DNA from: an uncultured Saprospiraceae bacterium | GTDB taxonomy: Bacteria; Bacteroidota; Bacteroidia; Chitinophagales; Saprospiraceae | Direction of reading: 5' to 3' | Assembly (NCBI GenBank): GCA_938015805.1 | Contig: CALLXF010000017.1 | Location: 3,513-67,512, forward strand | Length of the DNA: 64,000 nucleotides | Shown: positions 36,866 through 47,301 of the stretch, piece after piece | How positions within the stretch are numbered: the first letter of the stretch is position 1 | Layout of the letters: each line of letters starts with the position of its first letter | Translations under genes and position numbers: made by a program | The notes under the pieces: model-generated | The model's database searches: none | The model's input: only the letters and a program-made list of their open reading frames with translations | Told to the model about the DNA's origin: nothing

Positions 36866-38638
36866 TTAGATAGATGTACACTTATCTTTAAGCCACGTTT
36901 TTTCCTCCTCATCTAAACCTGATGATAATCGATCAAAAACATCTCTGTGATAACTGTTTAACCAGGTAATCTGCTCCGTACTAAGCATCTCTTTTTTGAT
37001 TAGTTTTTTATCTATCGGGAATAAAGTTAAAGTCTCATGTTCTAAAAAACCAGGATCAGTACTTTCGATGGTAAGAATTAGATTTTCCAGACGTATCCCA
37101 TATTTTCCTTCTTTATAATAGCCAGGCTCGTTGGAGGTAATCATACCCGGTTCATGTATAGTTTTAGATCTGGCAGAGTTACCAGGAGCAAAACCTTGAG
37201 GGGCTTCGTGGACATTTAAAAAGAATCCTACTCCATGACCAGTGCCATGTAAATAATTTAAACCATGGTTCCACAAATGTTGCCTTGCTAATATATCTAA
37301 TTGTCCACCAGTAGTTCCCACTGGAAATTTAGCAATCGTAAGATCTATCATTCCTTTTAGAACTAATGTAAAATTAGTTTGTTCCTCATCACTCGGTGTG
37401 CTAAAAGATATGGTACGCGTAATGTCAGTAGTACCATCTAAATATTGTCCTCCTGAATCACAGAGTAACATACCATCATTTAGAATATCGTGGGATGTAT
37501 TTTCCATAGGCCTATAATGTATTATGGCACCATTACCTTTATAACCTACGATAGCAGGAAAACTTTCACCTTTATAATGATCCTGTGTAGCACGTGAGGA
37601 TGCTAGTTTTTCTGATAGTTCAAACTCAGTAACACTTCTTTCCTTTATTGTTTTTTCTAACCACATAAAAGCCTTAGTTAGTGCTCTTCCATCCTTTTCC
37701 ATTGCACTACGGATGTGATTGATTTCTATTTTATTTTTTCTGGCTTTTAGGCTTCTAGAAATAGTAGGGCCCTCCACTTTAATAGCATTGATGGCTCGGT
37801 AGAGATAATAATTACAATTGTTAGGATCGATTAACATTGTTTTATCCTCCTTTAAACTATTTAGATATGGAAGAATATCGGCATAGTTTTTTAAATCGAT
37901 TCCTTGACTTTCTAGATGTGATTTAGTCGAGGCATTTATTTTATCAGGGTTAATAAAGAGTATGGCTTTTTCTGTCTGTATTACTCCATAACAGATGGCT
38001 ACAGGGTTACATTCTACATCTTGTCCTCGGATATTAAAGATCCATGCAAGGTCATCTAAAGTAGTTATAAGGTGATAATCACAATGTTGTTTTTTTAATT
38101 CAGACTGTACTTGTTTTACTTTCTCATTGGACGTAAGTCCAGCAAAATGAAGATCATGAATAAAAATAGGATTGAGCGGTTTCTGAGGTCGATCCGTCCA
38201 GATTTCTTTGATTAGATCGTCGTCTGCATTAATCTTTATTTCTTTAGACAAACACATTTTTTTAATATTGGATACACTCGATTTAGGTAAACAATATCCA
38301 TCAAAACCGATAACACTTCCTTCTTTTAAGTTTTCAATAAGCCATTGAACATGCATAGGAGCAAACTGGTTATAAACTTCATGTAGTTCAAAACTAGAAT
38401 CCTCGATTTCTTTTTCTGCCTGTAAAAAGTATCTACTATCTGTCCATATCCCTGCATGATCGTGAGTTACTACTGCTACACCAGCCGAACCTGTAAATCC
38501 AGATAACCATTCTCTAGATTTCCAGCAATCTGCAACATATTCACTATTATGAGGATCACTACTCGGGATAATATAAGCATCTACTCCGTTAGCTTTCATT
38601 TTTGCCCTTAACAAGCCTATTTTCTCATTTATATCCAT
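36866..38638 (-). CDS. Xaa-Pro aminopeptidase (M24B, aminopeptidase P, long three-domain form)
   Basis: M24B metal-ligand motifs HGTGHGVG, SNEPGYY and GIRLEN. Length is 590 aa with creatinase-like N-terminal domains. Confidence 0.85.
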   Translation of the reverse strand: MDINEKIGLLRAKMKANGVDAYIIPSSDPHNSEYVADCWKSREWLSGFTGSAGVAVVTHDHAGIWTDSRYFLQAEKEIEDSSFELHEVYNQFAPMHVQWLIENLKEGSVIGFDGYCLPKSSVSNIKKMCLSKEIKINADDDLIKEIWTDRPQKPLNPIFIHDLHFAGLTSNEKVKQVQSELKKQHCDYHLITTLDDLAWIFNIRGQDVECNPVAICYGVIQTEKAILFINPDKINASTKSHLESQGIDLKNYADILPYLNSLKEDKTMLIDPNNCNYYLYRAINAIKVEGPTISRSLKARKNKIEINHIRSAMEKDGRALTKAFMWLEKTIKERSVTEFELSEKLASSRATQDHYKGESFPAIVGYKGNGAIIHYRPMENTSHDILNDGMLLCDSGGQYLDGTTDITRTISFSTPSDEEQTNFTLVLKGMIDLTIAKFPVGTTGGQLDILARQHLWNHGLNYLHGTGHGVGFFLNVHEAPQGFAPGNSARSKTIHEPGMITSNEPGYYKEGKYGIRLENLILTIESTDPGFLEHETLTLFPIDKKLIKKEMLSTEQITWLNSYHRDVFDRLSSGLDEEEKTWLKDKCTSI

Positions 38639-38824
38639 CTTTCTTATATATGTTAAAGTTTAATCTATTAATAATCAACGAGTTTTATATACGTACATTC
38701 TACTATATGATAAATTAAATATATATTTGTGTTACTTAATTTAATTTACTTCGGTAAATCAGAACTCACTCAGTATTTATGATGTTTAACCAGTAGCAAT
38801 TTAGCTATAAAATATGCAATTCTT

Positions 38825-40312
38825 ATGTTGAAACAGAGTTTAGGTCAAAGGTTATTGCAAAAGTTGTCTCCACAACAGATTCAGTTAATGAAACTGTTAC
38901 AAATTCCGACAGCAACCCTGGACCAAAGAATACAAGAAGAATTAGAATCTAACCCGGCACTAGAAGAAGGCGAGGAAGGAGCAGAAGACGTTTTTGATAT
39001 TAAATCAGAGAACGAAGCCGAAGAGGGTGAGCAAAAAGAAGACGATTTTGAGTTGGATGATTACCTTAAAGAATACATAGAAGACGATCCATCTAGTTAC
39101 AAACTAAGAGGAGACTCTTATGTGGAGGATGAAGAAAAATCTATTCCTATCGCATTAGAAACCTCTTTTCACGAGCATTTACATTTACAATTAGGATTAG
39201 CGGACTGGGAAAGTGATAAAGAAGAAATGATTGCAAAACAAGTGATCGGCAGCATAGACGAGGATGGATACTTAAGAAGGGAGACGGATGCTATTATAGA
39301 TGATATCATTTTTGCACATAGTATAGAAGTGCGTAACGAAGATATCGAAAAGGTGATCGCTATAGTACAGCGATTTGATCCACCGGGTGTGGGATGTAGA
39401 GACTTACGTGAATGTTTGATTTTACAGCTTACTGCCAAAATAGAGAAAGGAGAAGAAAATCATATCGTTGCTAAAACTCTTGCCCTTAGAATCTTAGAAA
39501 ATTATTTTGAAGAGTTCTCAAAAAAGCATTTTCAGAAATTGCAGAAGCAATTGTTTATCTCTGAAAACGAATTAAGAGATGCCATAGAAGAAATACTCAA
39601 GCTTAATCCTAAACCGGCAAGTAGTGTAGACGGAGGTATATCTGATTCTACAAATTATGTAGTTCCTGACTTTATAATTAGTAACAGAGAAGGCGAATTA
39701 GATCTTTCACTAAATAATAAAAATGCTCCAGATCTTAAAATAAATGATCATTACATGGAGATGTTATCTTCTTATAAAGATAATACAAGTGGTAGACGAT
39801 CTACTAAAAAAGAACGTGATGCAATCATGTTTATTAAGCAAAAAATCGATTCTGCAAAATGGTTTATCGATGCGATAAAACAACGACAGGAAACTTTATT
39901 TAATACGATGTATGCAATCATGCAATTCCAATACGATTTCTTTTTACAAGGAGATGAGAAGGTGATACGTCCGATGATATTAAAGGACATAGCAGAAATC
40001 ACAGGTCTAGATATATCTACAGTATCGAGAGTTGCTAATAGTAAATTTGTCCAGACAGAGTTCGGGACTAAGAGACTAAAAAGTTTTTTCTCTGAGTCCC
40101 TACAGACATCTGATGGAACAGAAGTATCAACAGTAGAAGTAAAAAACATTTTACTAGAAATTGTAAACGGAGAGGATAAAAGGCGTCCACTGTCTGACGA
40201 AAAACTAAAGGATATGCTCCAAGAGAAAAGTTATAACATAGCCAGAAGAACGGTAGCAAAATACAGAGAACAATTAAACATTCCCGTAGCTCGATTACGT
40301 AAGGAATTATAA
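38825..40312 (+). CDS. rpoN: RNA polymerase sigma-54 factor
   Basis: N-terminal QKLSPQQIQLMKLLQ, an acidic linker, and the RpoN box ARRTVAKYRE near the C-terminus. Confidence 0.9.
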   Translation: MLKQSLGQRLLQKLSPQQIQLMKLLQIPTATLDQRIQEELESNPALEEGEEGAEDVFDIKSENEAEEGEQKEDDFELDDYLKEYIEDDPSSYKLRGDSYVEDEEKSIPIALETSFHEHLHLQLGLADWESDKEEMIAKQVIGSIDEDGYLRRETDAIIDDIIFAHSIEVRNEDIEKVIAIVQRFDPPGVGCRDLRECLILQLTAKIEKGEENHIVAKTLALRILENYFEEFSKKHFQKLQKQLFISENELRDAIEEILKLNPKPASSVDGGISDSTNYVVPDFIISNREGELDLSLNNKNAPDLKINDHYMEMLSSYKDNTSGRRSTKKERDAIMFIKQKIDSAKWFIDAIKQRQETLFNTMYAIMQFQYDFFLQGDEKVIRPMILKDIAEITGLDISTVSRVANSKFVQTEFGTKRLKSFFSESLQTSDGTEVSTVEVKNILLEIVNGEDKRRPLSDEKLKDMLQEKSYNIARRTVAKYREQLNIPVARLRKEL

Positions 40313-40343
40313 CAGATAATAAAAGTAAGAAGATAAACTAAGA

Positions 40344-41543
40344 TTATTTTTTGTACTTACTAAAGGCATAATCCATGGCTTGCAATAAAATTTTGCAAGC
40401 CATTTTTATTTGCTCATTACTGATAATTAATGGTGGTGCGAGTCTAAAGGATCTATTATTAAATAGGAAGTAGTCGATCAATGCTCCGATTTCAATACTT
40501 TTAGAAACGACATGTTTAAGATATTTCCGCTTTGTTAATTCCACAGCCATCATCAAGCCGGAACTTCTAACTTCTTTAATAATAGGATGAACGAGAAGAG
40601 ATTTAAAAAGTTTTTCTTTTTCTAATACTTTTTCGATTAGATCATCTTTTTTGATGGTTTGTAACATGGCCAGTGCTGCGGCACAGCTTACTGGATGTCC
40701 TCCAAATGTGGTAATATGACCTAGCATAGGGTCCGTAGAAATGGATTTCATGATATGTGACGGTGCTACAAATGCTCCGATCGGCATTCCGCCACCCATA
40801 GACTTAGAGATCAGTAAAATATCAGGAACTACACCGTATTTTTTATGTGCAAATAAATGACCTGTTCTACCAAAACCAGTTTGAATTTCATCGAGGATCA
40901 ATAATGTTTTTGTCTCATTACACTTTTGTCTTAGCTTTTTTAGATAATTGTTTTTTGGAGGATGTACACCAGATTCTGCTTGTACTGGTTCTAAAATTAC
41001 TGCAGCAGTACGACACGTTATTTTTTCTAGGTCTAGTTCATTATTAAAAGTGATATGACGTATTCCTGGGATAGATGGAAGAAAAGCTTGTGTAAATTGA
41101 GTATCACTTCTTAGTGCTTCTGCAGCCATAGTACTGCCATGGTAAGCATCTGCACAGCTTATAATCTCGTAACGTTCTGTATGTTTTCTGGCTAGTTTTA
41201 AAGCTCCCTCTACGGCCTCCGATCCAGTCATTACAAAGTATACATTGTCCAGACCATTATTTAAATCCGCTACTAGGGTTTTAGCATAAATCACTTGTGG
41301 TGATTGTAGGTGTTCTCCGTATACCATGGTATGTAAAAACCGATCACACTGATTTTTTACAGCATCAATCACTGCAGGGTGTCTATGACCTAGAGAGCTT
41401 ACTGAGATACCAGAATTTAGATCGAGATACTTTTTTCCTGACTGGTCATAAATAAACATTCCTTCTGCCTTATCTACATCGAGCATAAGTGGTAAAGCAC
41501 TAGTTTGTGCAACATGCTTTAGAAAAAGATTTCTTTTATTCAT
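40344..41543 (-). CDS. Class-III PLP-dependent aminotransferase (acetylornithine/ornithine aminotransferase-like)
   Basis: LILDEIQTGFGRTG motif and the PLP-lysine context LISKSMGGGMP; 399 aa. Confidence 0.8.
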   Translation of the reverse strand: MNKRNLFLKHVAQTSALPLMLDVDKAEGMFIYDQSGKKYLDLNSGISVSSLGHRHPAVIDAVKNQCDRFLHTMVYGEHLQSPQVIYAKTLVADLNNGLDNVYFVMTGSEAVEGALKLARKHTERYEIISCADAYHGSTMAAEALRSDTQFTQAFLPSIPGIRHITFNNELDLEKITCRTAAVILEPVQAESGVHPPKNNYLKKLRQKCNETKTLLILDEIQTGFGRTGHLFAHKKYGVVPDILLISKSMGGGMPIGAFVAPSHIMKSISTDPMLGHITTFGGHPVSCAAALAMLQTIKKDDLIEKVLEKEKLFKSLLVHPIIKEVRSSGLMMAVELTKRKYLKHVVSKSIEIGALIDYFLFNNRSFRLAPPLIISNEQIKMACKILLQAMDYAFSKYKK

Positions 41544-41977
41544 TAATACGTTCTTGACAAGAAATTAGGTGTGCCTTAAAAAGTTATATACTTAGCAGCC
41601 GTAAAGGTAAATGAGTAAAAAGATTTATTATTCATTAATTCCCAATATCCCAAAATGATAAAACACATTCTTTATAGAGGCGTCTAATTCTATCGATAGC
41701 ATATTAGTAGTCAATTATAGTCTAATTCAGTTGTTCATCTGCTAAGGGTTAAAGTTTGGGCTTTTAGATTAGACCCCTACATGAGTTTTGCAAGATATAC
41801 TACAAAAAGAAATTTACTATTGACGTAAATTTTACATTATACAGGTTTGTAATAAATATGAATGGCTGTCATTATAGTTTGCCGTTGATTTAGAGCATTA
41901 GGATTTACCAGTTTCCTATTGTTAAGAATTAACCAGTATAACTGCAGTCTGACCCACTGCAACCTGAAGAAAAGACA

Positions 41978-44545
41978 ATGAATCTAAAACTTACTCACTT
42001 AAGTGTGATAGTGCTGTGTGTACTATTCCAGTTAACTGCCCCTGTACTCGGTGTTTGTCAACGAACATGTGCTTCTGATGACCATCTATTATACCGTCTT
42101 AAGAACGATATAAAGTTTGCTCAAAAATTTGCATCCTATGAGGATGAGAAATTTCCTTCCGCTTTAAAGGCTGCTCTCATATGTAATGAATCTAATTCAA
42201 TAGTAATACCTGTTGCCATACACTATAATTCGCCGATAGACTGCTCAAATTTACAGTGTCTATTAGATGCTGCAGAGGCTCAGATCGCAGTTTTGAATGA
42301 TGACTTTTCTGCAAGTAATCAAGATCTAACTAATTATACAGTGGATTTAAATGGGGCATGTAGTTCCACTTATCCATTATCCAGAGCTCCAGAGGCTAAC
42401 GATGGTACCTGTGTTCAATTCTGTCTAGCAACTTTAAATCATCCTTCTAATTCTGGGCTGTCGGATGGAGAGCCCGCTATCACTATTGATCAGTATACTT
42501 GGCCGTCAGCAACTAGTGCTTGGAGTGGTTATTTAAACATTTTTGTAAGTGACGGTTCTACCGCAGGGCAGGGTGGTTCTACATTAGGTATTTCAGCATT
42601 GCCAGGTGCGGCAGATGGTGATGGGTTTTGGATAAATTATAAAAACTTTGGAGGGCCTGGTTTTTCTTGTAATTCTGGGGCAACTTTAAATAGCAGTACT
42701 AGTTTTAACAAAGGCCGTACGGGAACGCATGAAGCAGGACATTATTTTGGATTGTATCATGTTTTCCAAGGTGGTAATTGTTCCATAAATGATAGTAACC
42801 CTCCAGGACCTATAGATGTAAATGATACGCCTTCTCAAAATAGTCCACATTATGGATGTACTTCCGTAAATACCTGCAGTGATGCTCCTTCTTCTTGTAA
42901 TGATGGTTATGATAATTTTTACAGTTTTATGGATTACTCCAATGATGATTGTATGGTCATGTTTACTGCCGATCAATCAGATGTAATTAACTGGTGGGCA
43001 AATGACTTAGTCTTTGAAAACAATGTAATAACCTGCGATGATAATGGTCCTGATTTAGATGTAAACTGTTATAGTCCTACATGTGATGATGGAATCCAAA
43101 ATGGTTCAGAATCGGGGGTAGACTGTGGAGGACCAGACTGTGATGTATGTGATTTTTACTGCGGTGATAATTATTCAGATAGCGGAGGATCTGCCGAATA
43201 TTTTAATAACGAAAATATATCATGGACTATCTGTGCGACAGGTAATGATATAGTACAGCTGGTTTTTACCGAATTTGAGATAGAGTCAGGAGGATCGACA
43301 GGATGTTATGATCACTTAGAGGTTTTTGATGGATCGACGACAAGTGCTCCGTCTTTAGGAATGTATTGTGGTTCTACCATAGATGACGCTCCCGGAAATG
43401 GAGTCATAGAATCTACAGGACTTTGTCTGACGTTAGAATTTATTTCTGATAATTCTGTAACAAAAAATGGGTGGGAGGCCACGATATCTTGTGCACCTGC
43501 AGCTACTTGTAATGATGGAATCCAGAATGGAACAGAAACAGGAATAGACTGCGGTGGAAATATCTGTGGACCATGTTCACAAAACTGTGATGAAATGTTT
43601 ATGGACACGGGAGGATCTTCTTCAACATATAGTAGTAATGAAGCCTCTGAATTTTTAGTATGTCCAGATGATCCTAGCACTGATAAAATTGAATTAAACT
43701 TTATCCATGTAGATATAGAGGCTGCCTCAGGAAATGGAAATAACGGAACAGGATGCTGGGATTTATTAAAAATATATGATGGAGAGGATGATAATGCTCC
43801 GATGATTGGAAATTATTGCGGGGAGGAAAATGGAGACGGAGATCAGTCTAGTGTTCCAGAAAATAATTTGGCGACGGGTATGCTATTTACTTCTACGGAC
43901 CCTTCTGGTTGTTTGTATTTTATGTTTGAGTCTGACGCCACTAATAATGAGACAGGATGGGAAGCAGAAATAAATTGTGTTGCTCTTAATTCTGTACCAG
44001 TAGAATTTATTTCTTTTCAAGCGATAGTAAAAAGGTCAGCAGTCTTATTAAGCTGGTCTACTGCTAGCGAGATAAATAACAAAGGATATTATATCCAAAG
44101 ATCGTTAGACGGGTCTGTTTTTGAAACAATAGATTTTGTTCATGGAGTAAATAGTAACACATCAGCGGTAAACCATTATACCTATCTAGATAAGACAGAT
44201 TTAAAAGGAACTATTTATTATCGACTAAAACAAGTCGATTATGATGGTACAGCAGATTTTACTAGCATAAAAAGTGTAAATATTATAGAATCAAATAGTC
44301 TACCGCTTTATTATCCTAATCCGACGTCATCCTATTTATATATCGATTATGAATTGATGGATGTAGATAAAATGGAAAGTATAACGGTATATAATAAGCT
44401 CGGCCAGAGCGTAAAGACCATTTCTATAGATGATCAAGAAACATCAAACCTAGAAATAGATCTTAGAGACTTAGAAAAAGGAGTTTATATTATCGTTCTT
44501 AAAACTAATTTAAACACTCATATCCAACAGATTACTAAGATTTAA
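41978..44545 (+). CDS. Secreted M43 (pappalysin/cytophagalysin-like) zinc metalloprotease with two Cys-rich DCGG modules, two CUB-like domains, a pre-CTD module and a T9SS C-terminal sorting domain
   Basis: Signal peptide. Zinc site HEAGHYFGLYHVF. Two copies of CxDGIQNGxExGxDCGGxxC, each followed by a CUB-like segment (CYDHLEVFDGSTTSAPSLGMYCG; CWDLLKIYDGEDDNAPMIGNYCG). The tail YYPNPTSSYLYIDY...GVYIIVLKTNLNTHIQQITKI. Confidence 0.8.
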   Translation: MNLKLTHLSVIVLCVLFQLTAPVLGVCQRTCASDDHLLYRLKNDIKFAQKFASYEDEKFPSALKAALICNESNSIVIPVAIHYNSPIDCSNLQCLLDAAEAQIAVLNDDFSASNQDLTNYTVDLNGACSSTYPLSRAPEANDGTCVQFCLATLNHPSNSGLSDGEPAITIDQYTWPSATSAWSGYLNIFVSDGSTAGQGGSTLGISALPGAADGDGFWINYKNFGGPGFSCNSGATLNSSTSFNKGRTGTHEAGHYFGLYHVFQGGNCSINDSNPPGPIDVNDTPSQNSPHYGCTSVNTCSDAPSSCNDGYDNFYSFMDYSNDDCMVMFTADQSDVINWWANDLVFENNVITCDDNGPDLDVNCYSPTCDDGIQNGSESGVDCGGPDCDVCDFYCGDNYSDSGGSAEYFNNENISWTICATGNDIVQLVFTEFEIESGGSTGCYDHLEVFDGSTTSAPSLGMYCGSTIDDAPGNGVIESTGLCLTLEFISDNSVTKNGWEATISCAPAATCNDGIQNGTETGIDCGGNICGPCSQNCDEMFMDTGGSSSTYSSNEASEFLVCPDDPSTDKIELNFIHVDIEAASGNGNNGTGCWDLLKIYDGEDDNAPMIGNYCGEENGDGDQSSVPENNLATGMLFTSTDPSGCLYFMFESDATNNETGWEAEINCVALNSVPVEFISFQAIVKRSAVLLSWSTASEINNKGYYIQRSLDGSVFETIDFVHGVNSNTSAVNHYTYLDKTDLKGTIYYRLKQVDYDGTADFTSIKSVNIIESNSLPLYYPNPTSSYLYIDYELMDVDKMESITVYNKLGQSVKTISIDDQETSNLEIDLRDLEKGVYIIVLKTNLNTHIQQITKI

Positions 44546-44713
44546 TAAGAGTAAAATCCAGTATAAATAGACATTTTTTTGTTAAGGCATGGCTGATTTT
44601 TCGTAAATTGGCTGTGCTTTTACTTCCCGCCTTGATTATTTAAATGATAATTTGAACACTGATTATGTAACAGTAAAATAACCTGTGCGTTAAATACTAG
44701 TAAGAACTTAAAT

Positions 44714-45886
44714 ATGAGGTATAATTTGTCTATTCTTTTATTCTTTATTTGTGCTGTATCCTTTGGACAAGGTATCGAATTTTTTGAAGGAACTTGGGAG
44801 GAAACATTGGCTAAAGCCAAAGAAGAAAACAAATTAATTTTTGTCGACGCATATACCTCATGGTGTGGCCCTTGTAAAAAAATGGCCAAGCTTACTTTTA
44901 CAGACGAAAAAGTCGGTAAAATGTTTAATGAAAAATACGTGAACCAGAAAATGGATATGGAGTCGGTAGATAATACTAGCTTTATTTCTAAGTATCCAGT
45001 TCGAGCATATCCTACATTGTTTTTTATTAACGGAGATGGAGAAGTGGTGCATACTGCTGTTGGATTTCAAGATGTAAATGGATTACTCAGTTTTTCTGCT
45101 GCTGCAGAAAAAAAGGACGATCAAAGTGTAAATTTTGTAGAAGATTATGAAGCCGGTAATAGAGATTATAAATTTGTATTAGGCTATATATCTGCATTAA
45201 ATAAAGTAGGAAAGCCGAGTCTCAAGATTAGTAATGATTATCTAAACTCTAACCCTAAAATATCACAAAAAGAAAAAGCCGCCTTTTTACTCGAGGCAGC
45301 AGTGGAATCAGACTCTAAAATTTATGATCAGCTCATAGAAAACAAAAAATATGCTAAAGAATTAATCGGTGAAGAAATATTTAAACAAAAAGTTAATTCA
45401 GCTTGCTCTAAAACTGTAAATAAAGCTGTCGAATATGAGGTGTTTGACTTAGTGGAAGAAGCCATACAAAAATATGGTAAGGAGCACGATAAGAATGAGA
45501 CAAAAGAGTTTGCCTATCAATCTAAGATGGAGTATTACCGAGCTTCAGGACTTACAGATGATTATGTCTCACAGGCAGAGCAGTATTATAAAAAAGTTGC
45601 TAAAAAAGATAATGAGAAACTAGATAGGCTTATAGAAGAGGTGCATAAAGTTAAAGATAATCCCCAAGCTAAAAAGCTTATGCGAGAAGCAGGGAAGCAA
45701 TTGGTTAAAAATGAAGATACCTGGAAAAACAGGGTTACTTACTCACAGACCTTAATGATAAATGACGACATGTTATCGGCAATGGAACAGGCTAATAAAG
45801 CGTTAGAAAAGGTAGGAGATAATCCTAGAGATAAGCAACAGGTAAATGGACTTATAAGATTAATAAAAGCGAGACTTAGGAGTTAG
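44714..45886 (+). CDS. Secreted thioredoxin-like (WCGPC) domain protein with a helical C-terminal extension
   Basis: Signal peptide MRYNLSILLFFICAVSFGQ. Thioredoxin-fold context KLIFVDAYTSWCGPCKKM ... YPTLFFINGDGEVV. Confidence 0.75.
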   Translation: MRYNLSILLFFICAVSFGQGIEFFEGTWEETLAKAKEENKLIFVDAYTSWCGPCKKMAKLTFTDEKVGKMFNEKYVNQKMDMESVDNTSFISKYPVRAYPTLFFINGDGEVVHTAVGFQDVNGLLSFSAAAEKKDDQSVNFVEDYEAGNRDYKFVLGYISALNKVGKPSLKISNDYLNSNPKISQKEKAAFLLEAAVESDSKIYDQLIENKKYAKELIGEEIFKQKVNSACSKTVNKAVEYEVFDLVEEAIQKYGKEHDKNETKEFAYQSKMEYYRASGLTDDYVSQAEQYYKKVAKKDNEKLDRLIEEVHKVKDNPQAKKLMREAGKQLVKNEDTWKNRVTYSQTLMINDDMLSAMEQANKALEKVGDNPRDKQQVNGLIRLIKARLRS

Positions 45887-45888
45887 AA

Positions 45889-47301
45889 ATGTTAAAGAAG
45901 GCTATATTATTGTGGGTTTTCCTCCTGTATTTAACAGTAGGATTTGGACAGCGGAGCGTGCAGTTTTTAAATAATAATCTGCAGAGTGCTATCTCTATGG
46001 CACAGGCTCGTAATAAACTCATTTTTGTAGACACTTATGCACCTTGGTGTATCCCATGTAAAAAAATGGAAAAGGTTTTTAGGGATCCCGAGCTAGCGAG
46101 ATATTTTAATAAGACTTTCGTTAATCTAAGGGTCGATATGGAAGGAGCTACAGGCAAGGAAATTCATAAAAAGTATAATGTTATTTTTCTACCTACTCTA
46201 ATGATCTTAGATAGTGATGGTAATGTAAAATATATGGTCGATGAACTGATGACCGCGGATGCTCTTTTAGCCGTTGCTCAAAAAATAGCAGAACCTGAGG
46301 TTTATGTTTATCAGCCTGCCGAAAATGTTACTGTTTTTGATCCACCAGCTAAACAAGAAATCGTTACAAAATCAGTAGTAAAAAAATCAGCTCCGGGTGT
46401 AACAACATCGGTGAGTCCACCATCTATATCTACACAGGATGTGGTAGTGGAGTCCTCAAAAACAGTTCTTAACGAAGCAGACATAAAGACTTCCAGCTCA
46501 GTAACGCCTGATCAAGTAATCAACGAGCCGATTATAGAAGGTACTATAGGAGAAGAGAAAATTCTTTATGTTTTAAATGAATCTGATGATGTGCCTCCAG
46601 AAATTCTTTTTCAGGAATCATATTTTCGATTACAACTGATGGATGGTAGTCATAAAGAAACCGCAAAGCTTTATATACAATCTCAAGAAGACTGGTCTAC
46701 TCTCAAGAATAGGAAATTTATCTACGACTTTTTGTACTCTACCGATACAGAGGAGTTCCAGTACTTTATAAATAATAGAGATGCTTTTGAAAATCAGTTT
46801 GGAAAAGAAAATGTAAAACAGAGTGTTGAGATTCTAGTTTCGAGACGACTGATCACAGGTTTTCCAAGGCCTACATTGGCGGAAGCCAAAAAACTATACG
46901 CTTATTTAGACCACTCTAATAGTGAACGGATGGCTTATGAGTATCACCTCAATAATTTATTCTTAGCTAAAAACCATGATGAGTTTATTGAGGTAGCAGA
47001 AGCATATTTAGAAGAATTTGATTTTGAAAACCAGCAAGTTTTTTATCGATTAGCAAACTTAATTGCTGATGGAGGTGACCAGAATTTAGTGGAGTCGGGA
47101 ATAGAATATATAGATAAGGCTATAGAGCTAAATGATGCAAACTATCTCTATTATGATACTAAGGCCTATTTACATTATCTTAATGATGATAAGAAAAAAG
47201 CCAGAATATCGGCATTACGATCTAAGGAGATAGCATCTAAACTAGGACAAGACACTCAGAAAATAGAGGTCTTACTAGAGATGATAGGCGAACTGGAATA
47301 A
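45889..47301 (+). CDS. Secreted thioredoxin-like (WCIPC) domain protein with a TPR-like C-terminal region; tandem paralog of the preceding gene
   Basis: Signal peptide. KLIFVDTYAPWCIPCKKM ... LPTLMILDSDGNVK. It starts 2 nt after the upstream stop. Confidence 0.75.
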   Translation: MLKKAILLWVFLLYLTVGFGQRSVQFLNNNLQSAISMAQARNKLIFVDTYAPWCIPCKKMEKVFRDPELARYFNKTFVNLRVDMEGATGKEIHKKYNVIFLPTLMILDSDGNVKYMVDELMTADALLAVAQKIAEPEVYVYQPAENVTVFDPPAKQEIVTKSVVKKSAPGVTTSVSPPSISTQDVVVESSKTVLNEADIKTSSSVTPDQVINEPIIEGTIGEEKILYVLNESDDVPPEILFQESYFRLQLMDGSHKETAKLYIQSQEDWSTLKNRKFIYDFLYSTDTEEFQYFINNRDAFENQFGKENVKQSVEILVSRRLITGFPRPTLAEAKKLYAYLDHSNSERMAYEYHLNNLFLAKNHDEFIEVAEAYLEEFDFENQQVFYRLANLIADGGDQNLVESGIEYIDKAIELNDANYLYYDTKAYLHYLNDDKKKARISALRSKEIASKLGQDTQKIEVLLEMIGELE

